A stretch of DNA of 64,000 bases from a virus. Below are positions 49,059-58,349 of the stretch, in pieces. The stretch is from positions 1-64,000 of IMG/VR virus record IMGVR_UViG_3300043411_001114; one strand, written 5' to 3'. Both the position numbers and the translations under genes were made by a program. The notes under the pieces are model-generated. The model had not been told where the DNA came from. It saw only the letters and a program-made list of their open reading frames with translations, and searched no databases. Within the stretch, counting starts at the first letter, position 1. Each line of letters opens with the position of its first letter.

Positions 49059-51550
49059 TGTCGTCATCAGCTTGGCCTCTCATGCCTCCGAAATCCACCG
49101 AGACCCGGCTGGAACATTTCGATGAACAGCTGTACACGGCCGATCCGACCACCCTGCTGTACAAGTTCGTCGACGCCCTCTGTGGCGACGCCGGTGCGGG
49201 GAGCCTGAAGAAGGAGATATTCCTCCAACGTCTCTCTGGTGCCATGGACGGCATCTATGGCTCCGACTTGGATTACATCTTCGGCAACACCCGGGTGCTG
49301 TCCCGCGTCTCGTCGGAGGCGTACACCTACAACACCATGAGCCAGATGCTCACCTCCGACCAGTGGGACGAGGTGATGGCCAAGGATGCCTTATACCGCA
49401 ACCGCATCCGGGAGTTCTTCATCGCCGCCGCCAAGGGCGGCACCGCCGAGGGAATCCGGCAGCTGGTGCATGCCGCCATCTCCTGCGACTGCCAGGTGCT
49501 GGAGAACTGGAGATATATTGATTGTGCAGATGAAGAGACAGAAATCCTTACTCGTTCAGGATACAAGCGTTATTCTGAGCTAAAAGAAGGTGAGGAGGTG
49601 CTTACACTGAACATATCTTCCGGGTTAGCGGAGTGGCAGGCCACCACCAAGATCAACGTCTTTCCCGTAATTGATCATGAAATGCTTTCTGTAGAGATGG
49701 GCGGCAGACACTCCTCCTTAACCACCATGAATCATCGCTGGCCTGTGAGCAGTAGGATTAAAAACACCGAAGGAATCCGTGGGTATTCAGACATTCGCAT
49801 TCGTGCATCCGCCGAAATAACAACCGAAGACAGATTTATTCGAGCCGCGCCAGCAATAAAATTAACCGATTTCGCTAAATTTTCTGACTCTCTTGTCGAA
49901 CTAGTCGCTTGGTTCGTGACTGAAGGTCATGTTCATGCCCAATCATCAGTTGTCACCATCGTGCAGTCCCACGCAGTTAATCCCACCAAAGTGGACAATA
50001 TCAGGGCAGCTCTGACCACACTCATCGGAACTTCTGTCAAGAATTTTGATCGCACCGGGGCAAGAAAAGACCAAAGCCCTGCTTGGCGAGAATGGGTAAG
50101 TTGCTCTAAACCGGACATTACTGTATTTCGGCTCAATTCGGCTGCCGGGCGACTGTTGATCGCCCAGGCTCCTGAAAAAATAGCGTCGATGGATTTCATT
50201 AATTCATTGACACGATCCCAGCTTCAGCTTTTCCTAGACACCTGCATCGCCGCTGATGGACATGTTCGAGGAGATGGTTACCGATCTTTCATTCAAAAAT
50301 CAATGGAGAGAACCGTTCCGATTCAGATTGCGGCGACTCTGCTTGGAATACCCACCTCCATCCAGAAGACGCAAGGAGTGTGCCACGTTTTAAGCCTTTG
50401 TGAGAGGCAGAAGTTCGTTCAACCTCTCGGACAAGGGCGGAAAAACGCAAAAATTGTCCGATACACAGGAACCGTATGGTGCCCCACAACCCCTAACGGA
50501 ACTTGGTTTGCTCGACGTCGGGGCACCACTTACTTCACAGGCAATTCCTTCGGTCTGGCCGGGGATGTCGGGCGGGCCGGGGAGGGTGGGTCCTTCTCGG
50601 CGGTTGATCTCGCTACTGGACACGAGGTGATCCGCAAGACCCGCAACCAGGCCGAGTCCTACGCCGACACCAGCGGCCTGGATGACGGGCCACACAATAT
50701 CCGGGCTAACCAGGCCCGATCCGAAATCACCATCGTCCCCTACAAGACCGACCTTCACCCCCGGGAGACCCGGGTGCTGCGGGATATGCTTGACCGGATC
50801 ACCCCGCAGGATACGGTGGTCACCATCAGCCCCGAGGGACTCAGCGTCAGTTCTCCCGTCACGGTACGGGCGATCACCTCCGACTCGACGTACTACCAGG
50901 TCGAGAAGATGGTCACCGGCACCCCGGTATTGGACGAGCTTCCGCCGCCGGAGATGCTGGCGATCGACCTCGATCCCACCGCGAACTGGCTCAACCCCCG
51001 AACCCCGGAACTGGCCCCCTACGCGCAGTTCAACATCACCCAGGAGTTCGGTTACTACTACCTGGTTTCGGGCGGTCGGCGGTCACCGATCGACGAGGTC
51101 ACCTACGGGGTTCTGGAGGAGAACGACAAGGTCCGTCTGGAGGCGGCCTTCGAGTGGTACGAGCAGAACGAGCAGTTCGGGCCGTGGACCGAGTACGAGA
51201 AGGCCGACAGCCCCGACAACTACCCTGGTGGCAAGTTCGGGCTGACTCCCAACAGCCTCCCGGCCCGCAACCCAGACCGGAGTCCGTACCAGTTCCAGTA
51301 CGAGTCGCAGTCGGCCTACATCACCCAGAAAAAACAGGAGGTGCTGGCGCTCGGCGGTAACGCCAACGACACCAGATACCAGCTTCCGATACAGAAGTCG
51401 ACGACGGCCAAGCGTGTCTACACACCCGACCTGGCCATCGCCTTCACGGCACCAGTTCGAGACTCGACGGTAACCAGCAGTTGGACGTCTCGCAAGCCTC
51501 GCTACGTCAGCAGCGAGTTACGCAACTCATCGTCATTCATCCGGTCGTGA
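49058..51550 (+). CDS. Baseplate wedge (GpI-like) protein containing an intein
   Basis: LD.IFG..R, D..YR.RI and GGT..GI motifs after baseplate J. Confidence 0.75.
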   Translation: MSSSAWPLMPPKSTETRLEHFDEQLYTADPTTLLYKFVDALCGDAGAGSLKKEIFLQRLSGAMDGIYGSDLDYIFGNTRVLSRVSSEAYTYNTMSQMLTSDQWDEVMAKDALYRNRIREFFIAAAKGGTAEGIRQLVHAAISCDCQVLENWRYIDCADEETEILTRSGYKRYSELKEGEEVLTLNISSGLAEWQATTKINVFPVIDHEMLSVEMGGRHSSLTTMNHRWPVSSRIKNTEGIRGYSDIRIRASAEITTEDRFIRAAPAIKLTDFAKFSDSLVELVAWFVTEGHVHAQSSVVTIVQSHAVNPTKVDNIRAALTTLIGTSVKNFDRTGARKDQSPAWREWVSCSKPDITVFRLNSAAGRLLIAQAPEKIASMDFINSLTRSQLQLFLDTCIAADGHVRGDGYRSFIQKSMERTVPIQIAATLLGIPTSIQKTQGVCHVLSLCERQKFVQPLGQGRKNAKIVRYTGTVWCPTTPNGTWFARRRGTTYFTGNSFGLAGDVGRAGEGGSFSAVDLATGHEVIRKTRNQAESYADTSGLDDGPHNIRANQARSEITIVPYKTDLHPRETRVLRDMLDRITPQDTVVTISPEGLSVSSPVTVRAITSDSTYYQVEKMVTGTPVLDELPPPEMLAIDLDPTANWLNPRTPELAPYAQFNITQEFGYYYLVSGGRRSPIDEVTYGVLEENDKVRLEAAFEWYEQNEQFGPWTEYEKADSPDNYPGGKFGLTPNSLPARNPDRSPYQFQYESQSAYITQKKQEVLALGGNANDTRYQLPIQKSTTAKRVYTPDLAIAFTAPVRDSTVTSSWTSRKPRYVSSELRNSSSFIRS
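49523..50545 (+). mobile_element. Intein with LAGLIDADG endonuclease (341 aa)
   Basis: CADEETEILTRSG, block B TMNHRW, VWCPTT...YFTGN|S; LVAWFVTEG and FLDTCIAADG; sharp GC drop. Confidence 0.92.
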
Positions 51551-51571
51551 CCAGGCTGAGGAGAGCAAAAC

Positions 51572-54500
51572 ATGGCCGGTAAAACCGACTACTTTTATGA
51601 CTTTCACTACCCACTGCCGTTTGTTGAGTTGATCCTCAAACTGCTCGGCAAAAAGCAGGACGGCACCACGCAACTCACCGACACGGCGAACCGGGAATGG
51701 TTCTCCCAGCCCCGGCTGTCGTCCAGCGGCCAGACCGACTGCATCACGGTGAACTTCCGACTCCCGCTCTCGGTCAGCGAGATCAGCACCGAAATACTGC
51801 GGATGCCGTGCCTGGTGGAACTGTGGTACCAGGATCGCTCCAACAACTGGCGTCCCATCCTGGACACCCAGCGGACCCCGCTGAAAGTCAATGTCTCCCG
51901 GTCGGACACCGCGTCGTGGTACAAGTATTTCTCGAAGTGCTACCCGATTGTGGCGAAGAAGGTGCAGTTCCGCATCACCCGCACCAACGATCCTGCAGTG
52001 GACGGGATCCCGTACCCGGTGGGGATGCGCAATACCCTGATCCGGCGCAACGTCTATGACCGCGACTCGGGCGGCTCGTTCGAGGACGAGGTCGACATCA
52101 TGGGCAACGTGGTGTCGAAGTACATCAAGGACTGGGATGCCCAGCGGGCCGCCGACGACAACTACCTGACCTTCTGGCGGTCGGCACCACAGCCCGACCC
52201 TGCAGCGGTGGTGAGCCTCTATCTCGACGTCCGCGACGAGGAGGGTCGACCGCAGGTCATCGACAAAATCTATCTCGATCCTGTCTACAGCGGTCAGCAC
52301 CTGAACCTGTACTACAGCATCGACGGCCTGGTGGGCACACGATTCCTGTCACCCATCACGCTCGGGCCTGCGACGGGAACCGAGGAAGACCCGACGGTGT
52401 CGGGCATGGAGTGGCGTTCGGGGCAGGGTCTCCGGGATTCGTTGGACGTCGAGGACACCGACTCATCGTTCTACACCTGGCCGCTGTCGATCGGCCCCCT
52501 GCCCACCCAGGACGGCTGGATCGGGGTCGAGTGGCGACCCAATTTCGAGTCGGCCAACGTCGAACTGAACCACAACCCGATTCTGTTCCAGGCCGAACAG
52601 GTTTCCGGCAAATTCAAGCCGACCCTGCTTTACGACCCCGAGAACCGGACTTTCGAACTGGTGCTCGGAACCGGGCACGTCTACACCAGTTCGGCGATCA
52701 GTCAGGAGTTCGTCGTCGGCGACTCGCTGCGCATCGTCGCCGGATGGCGGTATGTGTCGGGTGGTGACGATGTGGTGGTCATCAAAGTCACCGACCAGCG
52801 GGGCCGAGTCCTGGCGAGCCTGAGCGAGGACACCGAACTGCCGGAGATCATCGGATTCGATGGCACCTGTCGGGTGGCGGACTTCCGAGGAATCCTGCCC
52901 AACCTCATTGTGAAGCTGGAGAACCCGGAACTCTCGTCGGAGAACTTTCTCAAAAACCCTCTCTACTACGTCGATCCCGACCCGGTGATTGTCGATGAGT
53001 CTGGTTCGCGCCCGGTGACGTCACTCAACAACGCCATCTACGCCGCGCCGTTCGTCGCCCGCGAGCACGGCTCTGGCGGCTCGGACTCCAGTCATTTCGA
53101 GGACAAGGAATGGACCCCGATCTGGCGCGACTACACCGCCGTGCGGGGGATGCTGCACCTGCCCAAGCCGGTCTCGATGAGCTACCTCAAACTGGAGTTC
53201 ACCAACCTGACAGAACAGCCCTACCCGATCTACGAGGCCGGAATCGAGACCTCCTACAAGGTCTTCCCGATCCAGGTCACCCAGCAGTCGTCAATCGGGC
53301 CGAAGCTCTACACCGGCGGCGGCGGCTTCCTCGGCATGGGGACATTCATCTCGATGAACGGCACCCGGTCGGTGAACTGGCTCGACCCGGTGTCGGTCAT
53401 GCAGGCGGTGGGCAGCGTTCTCGGCCCCCAGACGCCACCGGTGATCATCAGCACCGCCACCCCCTACATCGTTGACCGGCTGCCCAACAATGGGACGCAG
53501 GCCGTCGAGGAACAGACCCGGATCGAGGCCGCCTCGGCCTACGTCTACCCGAGGGAGGCCCTCAACCCCTACATTCTGGCCCAGGACCAGTACAACACCA
53601 CCATCAAAGCCGAGGGTCTGCAGGCCATCCAGCCCTACGTCGACGTCCCGTGGGAGGCTATCGAGGCCGCCAATCCCGGTTCTGTCACCAAGGTTCGGTC
53701 GACCGGCACCGTGCCGATCCGGGGCACCGACTGGTGGATTTATCCCGGCCAGCAGATCAAGGTCCCGGCGTCGGTGATGACCAAACTGACGTCGACCGAG
53801 ACTGTCACCGAGCGCAAACTGACACTGGAGAACCGAACCCGGTTCAACACCACGTCGGTACACCGCTACGAGACCAGGACGGTCAAGAGGGATGCGGCGA
53901 TCGCGTACTTCGCCGGGGTCCGGGAGGTTCAGCCCTACACCTCGACCTACATCACCGGCGAGGATCGGCCTTACTTCGAGTTCCCGAGCTACGACGCGAC
54001 CCAGTGGACTTACGTCGAGGAGAACGCCCAGAAGTCCCCTCAAGGCCCCATCTCTGCCCGCTACCCGAACATTCCCCTGATCATCAGCAAACACTTCGAG
54101 ACCCAGTCCGAGTTCGTCAAGGTCTCTATGGAATTTCAGGATTCGGGTTTGCTGAGGTCGAACTCGATGTGGGCCGACATCGACCAGGCGGTGGCCGGGA
54201 TCGAGGACACCAGACTCTCGCCCTACGTCAACACCGTCCCGGCCAACATCCCGGGCGGCAACTGGGCCGACGACCGTGCGGTCTGGCTCGACCCGGGAAC
54301 GGTCTGGGGCGCGGTGCGTGGCCTGGTCTCGATCAATGTCGACAGCGACCGGCGTTACCAGGGCCGTCGGGTGCTGCACTTCACCCGGGCCGCCGGGTCT
54401 GGTGAGGCCGGTATCAGCCTCGATCAGTGGACTAATTTCGTCCCTGGTGCGCAGTTCCGGATGGGGGCCGTCTTCTATCGCCCGAACAATACCGACAACG

Positions 54501-55363
54501 AACTGGTGATGACCCTGACCCGCTCGGACGGGGTGGAGATTCACCGTGAGGTGCTCGACTACGCCCCGGTCGGACGGTGGTTCGAGCGCACCACCCAGTT
54601 CGTCGAGATACCCGAGACCTTGCCCAACAACACCTTCGACAGCGGGCTGCTCGGCTGGGTGCCACTGGGCGGCTCCTGGGCCGCCGAGACGGCGGTGGGC
54701 CGGTCGGGCACTAAATCCGCCCGGCTGACCACAAACGGCACCCTGTCCAGCCTGACCTCGTCTCGCATGCAGTCGCTGACCGATACGGTGGTCACCGCCT
54801 CGGCCTGGGTCCGGTGGCAGGACTTGACCCCCGGCACCGACCTGATCTACCTACAGGTGCTGATGTACGACAACGACGACGAGTTGGTGGCCACCCACAC
54901 CCTGGAGAACAAAATCTCTCCGGCGCAGGCGACCATGACGTCGTGGGTACCGGTGTCGGGTTCGGTGACGGTTCCCGACGATCAGGGTGTCACCCAGGTG
55001 GCGTTCCGCATCCTGGTGGCGGTGGCGGCTGGCACGGGTGGCAAGGTCTGGGTCGATGACTTTGCCACCGACGTACCCGGAGCGCCCCGGCAGCAGTTCA
55101 CCGCCGCGCTGACGGTGGTGGGCGACGAGGAAGAGAGCCTGTACGTCTCCGACCTCTACACCGAGGTCACTCCGGTGCGGTATTTCGCCCGGCTGGGGAC
55201 GGCACCGGAAGACCTCATCGAGGTCACCGACCTGCGCTACACCAAGGGGGTGGCCACCGTGACCACCAGCCAGCCGGTGAACACCCTGGACGTCCAGGCG
55301 GTCATCAACAGCCCACGAGCCTGGGCTTTCGGCTGCAAAATAACTCCCGCCTACTTAAAATGA
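51572..55363 (+). CDS. Large baseplate/tail protein with carbohydrate-binding-like module
   Basis: 1263 aa at the end of the baseplate operon; LPNNTFDSG...W...VWVDDF module. Confidence 0.65.
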   Translation: MAGKTDYFYDFHYPLPFVELILKLLGKKQDGTTQLTDTANREWFSQPRLSSSGQTDCITVNFRLPLSVSEISTEILRMPCLVELWYQDRSNNWRPILDTQRTPLKVNVSRSDTASWYKYFSKCYPIVAKKVQFRITRTNDPAVDGIPYPVGMRNTLIRRNVYDRDSGGSFEDEVDIMGNVVSKYIKDWDAQRAADDNYLTFWRSAPQPDPAAVVSLYLDVRDEEGRPQVIDKIYLDPVYSGQHLNLYYSIDGLVGTRFLSPITLGPATGTEEDPTVSGMEWRSGQGLRDSLDVEDTDSSFYTWPLSIGPLPTQDGWIGVEWRPNFESANVELNHNPILFQAEQVSGKFKPTLLYDPENRTFELVLGTGHVYTSSAISQEFVVGDSLRIVAGWRYVSGGDDVVVIKVTDQRGRVLASLSEDTELPEIIGFDGTCRVADFRGILPNLIVKLENPELSSENFLKNPLYYVDPDPVIVDESGSRPVTSLNNAIYAAPFVAREHGSGGSDSSHFEDKEWTPIWRDYTAVRGMLHLPKPVSMSYLKLEFTNLTEQPYPIYEAGIETSYKVFPIQVTQQSSIGPKLYTGGGGFLGMGTFISMNGTRSVNWLDPVSVMQAVGSVLGPQTPPVIISTATPYIVDRLPNNGTQAVEEQTRIEAASAYVYPREALNPYILAQDQYNTTIKAEGLQAIQPYVDVPWEAIEAANPGSVTKVRSTGTVPIRGTDWWIYPGQQIKVPASVMTKLTSTETVTERKLTLENRTRFNTTSVHRYETRTVKRDAAIAYFAGVREVQPYTSTYITGEDRPYFEFPSYDATQWTYVEENAQKSPQGPISARYPNIPLIISKHFETQSEFVKVSMEFQDSGLLRSNSMWADIDQAVAGIEDTRLSPYVNTVPANIPGGNWADDRAVWLDPGTVWGAVRGLVSINVDSDRRYQGRRVLHFTRAAGSGEAGISLDQWTNFVPGAQFRMGAVFYRPNNTDNELVMTLTRSDGVEIHREVLDYAPVGRWFERTTQFVEIPETLPNNTFDSGLLGWVPLGGSWAAETAVGRSGTKSARLTTNGTLSSLTSSRMQSLTDTVVTASAWVRWQDLTPGTDLIYLQVLMYDNDDELVATHTLENKISPAQATMTSWVPVSGSVTVPDDQGVTQVAFRILVAVAAGTGGKVWVDDFATDVPGAPRQQFTAALTVVGDEEESLYVSDLYTEVTPVRYFARLGTAPEDLIEVTDLRYTKGVATVTTSQPVNTLDVQAVINSPRAWAFGCKITPAYLK

Positions 55364-55412
55364 TGCTATAATTACGGGACACCACCACCACCCCCGTCAG
55401 GAGATCATCATC

Positions 55413-55598
55413 ATGCCCGACACCAAGACCGTCATCGTCATGCCGACCCGCAAGATGTCCAAGGAGCAGCTCGCCGAGCAGGCCCACTTCGCGCGCCGGG
55501 CCGGTGCGGACGTCAACCGTGCCCGTCAGGCCCGCAAGGGGTTCGCCAAGGGCGGCCGGGCCGGTGGACGGCGTGCGGCGATCGCTTCGTTTGGGTGA
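55413..55598 (+). CDS. Small basic protein, early-type promoter
   Basis: TGcTATAAT at 55364-55372, CA-rich leader, AGGAG SD. Confidence 0.7.
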   Translation: MPDTKTVIVMPTRKMSKEQLAEQAHFARRAGADVNRARQARKGFAKGGRAGGRRAAIASFG

Positions 55599-55673
55599 AA
55601 CCCCTGGATAACGCCTCCAAACCCACCTGAATAGGTGGAACGGCACCGGCCGCCGAACGGAGGTTTCCTCTCA

Positions 55674-55937
55674 GTGAGTCTGGCAGACCATTACGATCAA
55701 GCCAACAAGCAGGAACCCAAGCCGCGCGTCTGCAAGGTGTGTGACTGGTATCGGACTTTAGAGTCTCGGGACAGGATTTTCTTCGACGAAAAGGCCGAGG
55801 AAGCACTGTCCGGCCGGGGGAGCATGCAGCAACTCCGGCGCGCAATATTATCCACCGGTTTCTACGCGGCCCGTTCGACCTTCCAGGTCCACCTGAACGA
55901 GCACCATCGGGAACTGCTGCAGGAACTGCGGTCATGA
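55674..55937 (+). CDS. Small zinc-binding hypothetical protein
   Basis: GGAGG SD before GTG 55674; CKVC...H...H. Confidence 0.65.
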   Translation: MSLADHYDQANKQEPKPRVCKVCDWYRTLESRDRIFFDEKAEEALSGRGSMQQLRRAILSTGFYAARSTFQVHLNEHHRELLQELRS

Positions 55938-57115
55938 GCCTGGAAGATCACTACAACGACCTGGAGCCATCCGGCGACGAGGCCGAAGAACACCCCTGGC
56001 GGGCCGACTGGGAGGGTGCTGAGGGCACCATCCAGACCGGTGCCCTGCCCGACGACTTCGATCCCCACGACTTTTCTGCCGTCCTGCACCGTCTCGGGTA
56101 CTCACCCGACGAGGTGAAAATGGAACTCGTCTCGGCCTCCCGCTGGGAGCAGCGCACCGCCGTCCGGGACGACGAGGGCCGCAAGACCGGCGAGATGGCG
56201 TCAACCTACCTCAACGCCTACAAATACAAGGCGGTGCGTAACGCGCTGTGCGTCCCCCTCCCGGCCCTGTACGCCGAGGTCAAGGCGTCCAAGCCGACTA
56301 AGAATGCCCCGTCCCCCACCGGACGCACGGCGGTGGTGGTGTTCGGCGACCTCCAGTGCGGCAAAGTCGATCACCTCGGTGGCCTAACCGAGATGCTGCA
56401 CCGGCTGGACGAAAAACGAGCGGCACTGAAAAAGTACCTCAAATCGGCCAAGGTGGAGTCGGTGATTATCGCCGACGTCGGCGACATCGTGGAGGGCTTC
56501 GAGAACATCCCGGCGCAGACCAGAACCAACTGCCTGTCGCTAATGGATCAGGTCGACGTCGCCGCCACCGAATTATGGAAGACGATCCGGGTCGCCGAGA
56601 AGTTCGGGCCGGTCGACGTCCTGTCGGTGCCGAGCAACCATGCCCAGTGGAGACGTGGGAAGAGCCTGGTCGGCAAACCGACCGACGACTGGGGGCTGCA
56701 CATCAATCAGCGCCTGGAAAGGCTCAATGAGGAAGCCGGTCTGCGGGTCGCCTTCCACCGCCCTCCAGACTGGGAAGAGACCCTGTCCTTCGAGGTTCAA
56801 GGAATCACGCTCGGGATGGCCCACGGCCACCAGGCCAACAGCCCCGACCGGGTCAAGGACTGGTGGGCGAAGATGACCCACGGCGGGGTGCTGGACTGCC
56901 AGATTCTGCTGACCGGCCACTATCACTTTCCCAGCCTCCGACCCAGCGGACGGGACGCCAAGACCGGACGCACCCGATGGCACATCCAGGCCTCCACCCT
57001 GGACAACGGTTCGGCCTGGGTGCGCAACAAGATGGGCGAGGATGGGGACCCGGCCATGACCGTTTTCGTCGTCGACCAGACCGGCTTCGACGTCCAGTCA
57101 TTCAGTTTGCTGTGA
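55934..57115 (+). CDS. Calcineurin-like metallophosphoesterase
   Basis: GDLQ, GDIVEG, SNH, AHGH and GHYH motifs. Confidence 0.88.
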   Translation: MSLEDHYNDLEPSGDEAEEHPWRADWEGAEGTIQTGALPDDFDPHDFSAVLHRLGYSPDEVKMELVSASRWEQRTAVRDDEGRKTGEMASTYLNAYKYKAVRNALCVPLPALYAEVKASKPTKNAPSPTGRTAVVVFGDLQCGKVDHLGGLTEMLHRLDEKRAALKKYLKSAKVESVIIADVGDIVEGFENIPAQTRTNCLSLMDQVDVAATELWKTIRVAEKFGPVDVLSVPSNHAQWRRGKSLVGKPTDDWGLHINQRLERLNEEAGLRVAFHRPPDWEETLSFEVQGITLGMAHGHQANSPDRVKDWWAKMTHGGVLDCQILLTGHYHFPSLRPSGRDAKTGRTRWHIQASTLDNGSAWVRNKMGEDGDPAMTVFVVDQTGFDVQSFSLL

Positions 57116-57128
57116 GAGAGGAATCGCT

Positions 57129-57428
57129 GTGAAAATTTGGGTCATCAAAATGTTTGGCCGCAAAGTTCTGGAAATAGAATCCAGGGAGGAAGTCACCGTC
57201 GACGACGTGGTGCGCAGGATGGTGGCCGCCACCGTCGGGATCGTCGTGGACGACGAGTGCGACTGCGAAGAGGACTACCGGGGGATCATCGAGGGGTTGA
57301 TCCCCTGCGAGTCGTGCGGCGAGATGTTCCTCCCCGACGATGAGGAAGCGGTGGACGCCGAGTTCGCCAACCTCACCGAGAGACTGATCTGGGGTCCCTC
57401 CCCGGAGGAAGAACCGGAAGAGGAGTAG
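57129..57428 (+). CDS. Acidic hypothetical protein with Cys cluster
   Basis: GAGAGG SD; CDC...CESC. Confidence 0.6.
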   Translation: MKIWVIKMFGRKVLEIESREEVTVDDVVRRMVAATVGIVVDDECDCEEDYRGIIEGLIPCESCGEMFLPDDEEAVDAEFANLTERLIWGPSPEEEPEEE

Positions 57429-58293
57429 CGTCGTCGGTAATTACCGGCTCGCGCTTGGTGGTGAGCAGGACACGCAACTTGTGCAACCCCTTCATGGTCA
57501 CACGAACCTGCGGGGTGCCCAGATAGTAAACACCATCAGACCTATCGAAGTATCGTTCACCGATTTTTTCGGTCAGCCGACCGGCCTCAATTTGAGATTG
57601 ATAGGGTCGCCAGTGAGACCGAGACCCCCTGGTTCGATAAATCCATCCCTGCTGTCCCATGAATTTGAACAATCGGTTGGCACCGATTTTGATGCCATAG
57701 TCGTTGTGAAGAATCGCCGAAACATCTGCGACAGCAAATGTCCCCCTAGCGTCTGCTAGGGCGAGCCAGCTTTCCGCGACCGGCTCAATGAGCTTCACAT
57801 ACTCCTGAGTGTCCTGGTGGTTTCGCTTTTCGTCGTCCAGCGCGTCCTGGGTGGCAATCAGCGCCGAGGCCAGCGCATCGGCACGGCGGGCCAGAAGCTG
57901 GGTCTGCAGCGCCAACTCGCGGGCGTCGGACGGCTCGTCCGGGGTGTGGCGCTGCTGCAGTTCTTCGCGCATCCGCCGGAAGGCCTGGATCAACTGGACC
58001 TTGAAGTCGACCACGGCCTCGTTGTTGCGCATGAAGGTCAACAGCAGGCTGGCCTGGTACTCGTTGAGCACGGCGTAGGTCTCGGGACGCCCCGGACCTG
58101 CGGTTATTTTTGCGATCTCAAATCGCAAAACGCCAAACTCCTCGAATTTGGCCTGATGGGTGCGAACCAGGCGAAAAACAGAACGGTGATCGGAGTTGGT
58201 GCCCTGGGCGATCACCAGGGTCGTGGTGACGGGATCGCCGCCGTCAGCGGTTACCAGACCAACGGTGGTGTTGGTATGCTCAAGTTCTGGCAT
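57373..58293 (-). CDS. Rha-family regulator/antirepressor with ANT (KilA-C) domain
   Basis: TTLVIA....H.SV..LV, GRP...A.LNE.QA.LL, and C-terminal IG.NRLF..M...GW...PYQ...VT.KG; GGAG SD before 58293. Confidence 0.85.
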   Translation of the reverse strand: MPELEHTNTTVGLVTADGGDPVTTTLVIAQGTNSDHRSVFRLVRTHQAKFEEFGVLRFEIAKITAGPGRPETYAVLNEYQASLLLTFMRNNEAVVDFKVQLIQAFRRMREELQQRHTPDEPSDARELALQTQLLARRADALASALIATQDALDDEKRNHQDTQEYVKLIEPVAESWLALADARGTFAVADVSAILHNDYGIKIGANRLFKFMGQQGWIYRTRGSRSHWRPYQSQIEAGRLTEKIGERYFDRSDGVYYLGTPQVRVTMKGLHKLRVLLTTKREPVITDDATPLPVLPPGRDPRSVSR

Positions 58294-58349
58294 GAGGACT
58301 CCGATTCCTTTTGTCGGACGACCCCCGTCCCTGAACAGGCGGGGGTCAT

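Noticed and set aside
58320-58347. Hairpin between the helicase and Rha genes as a terminator
   Set aside because: No U-tract in the direction of those genes; function not assignable
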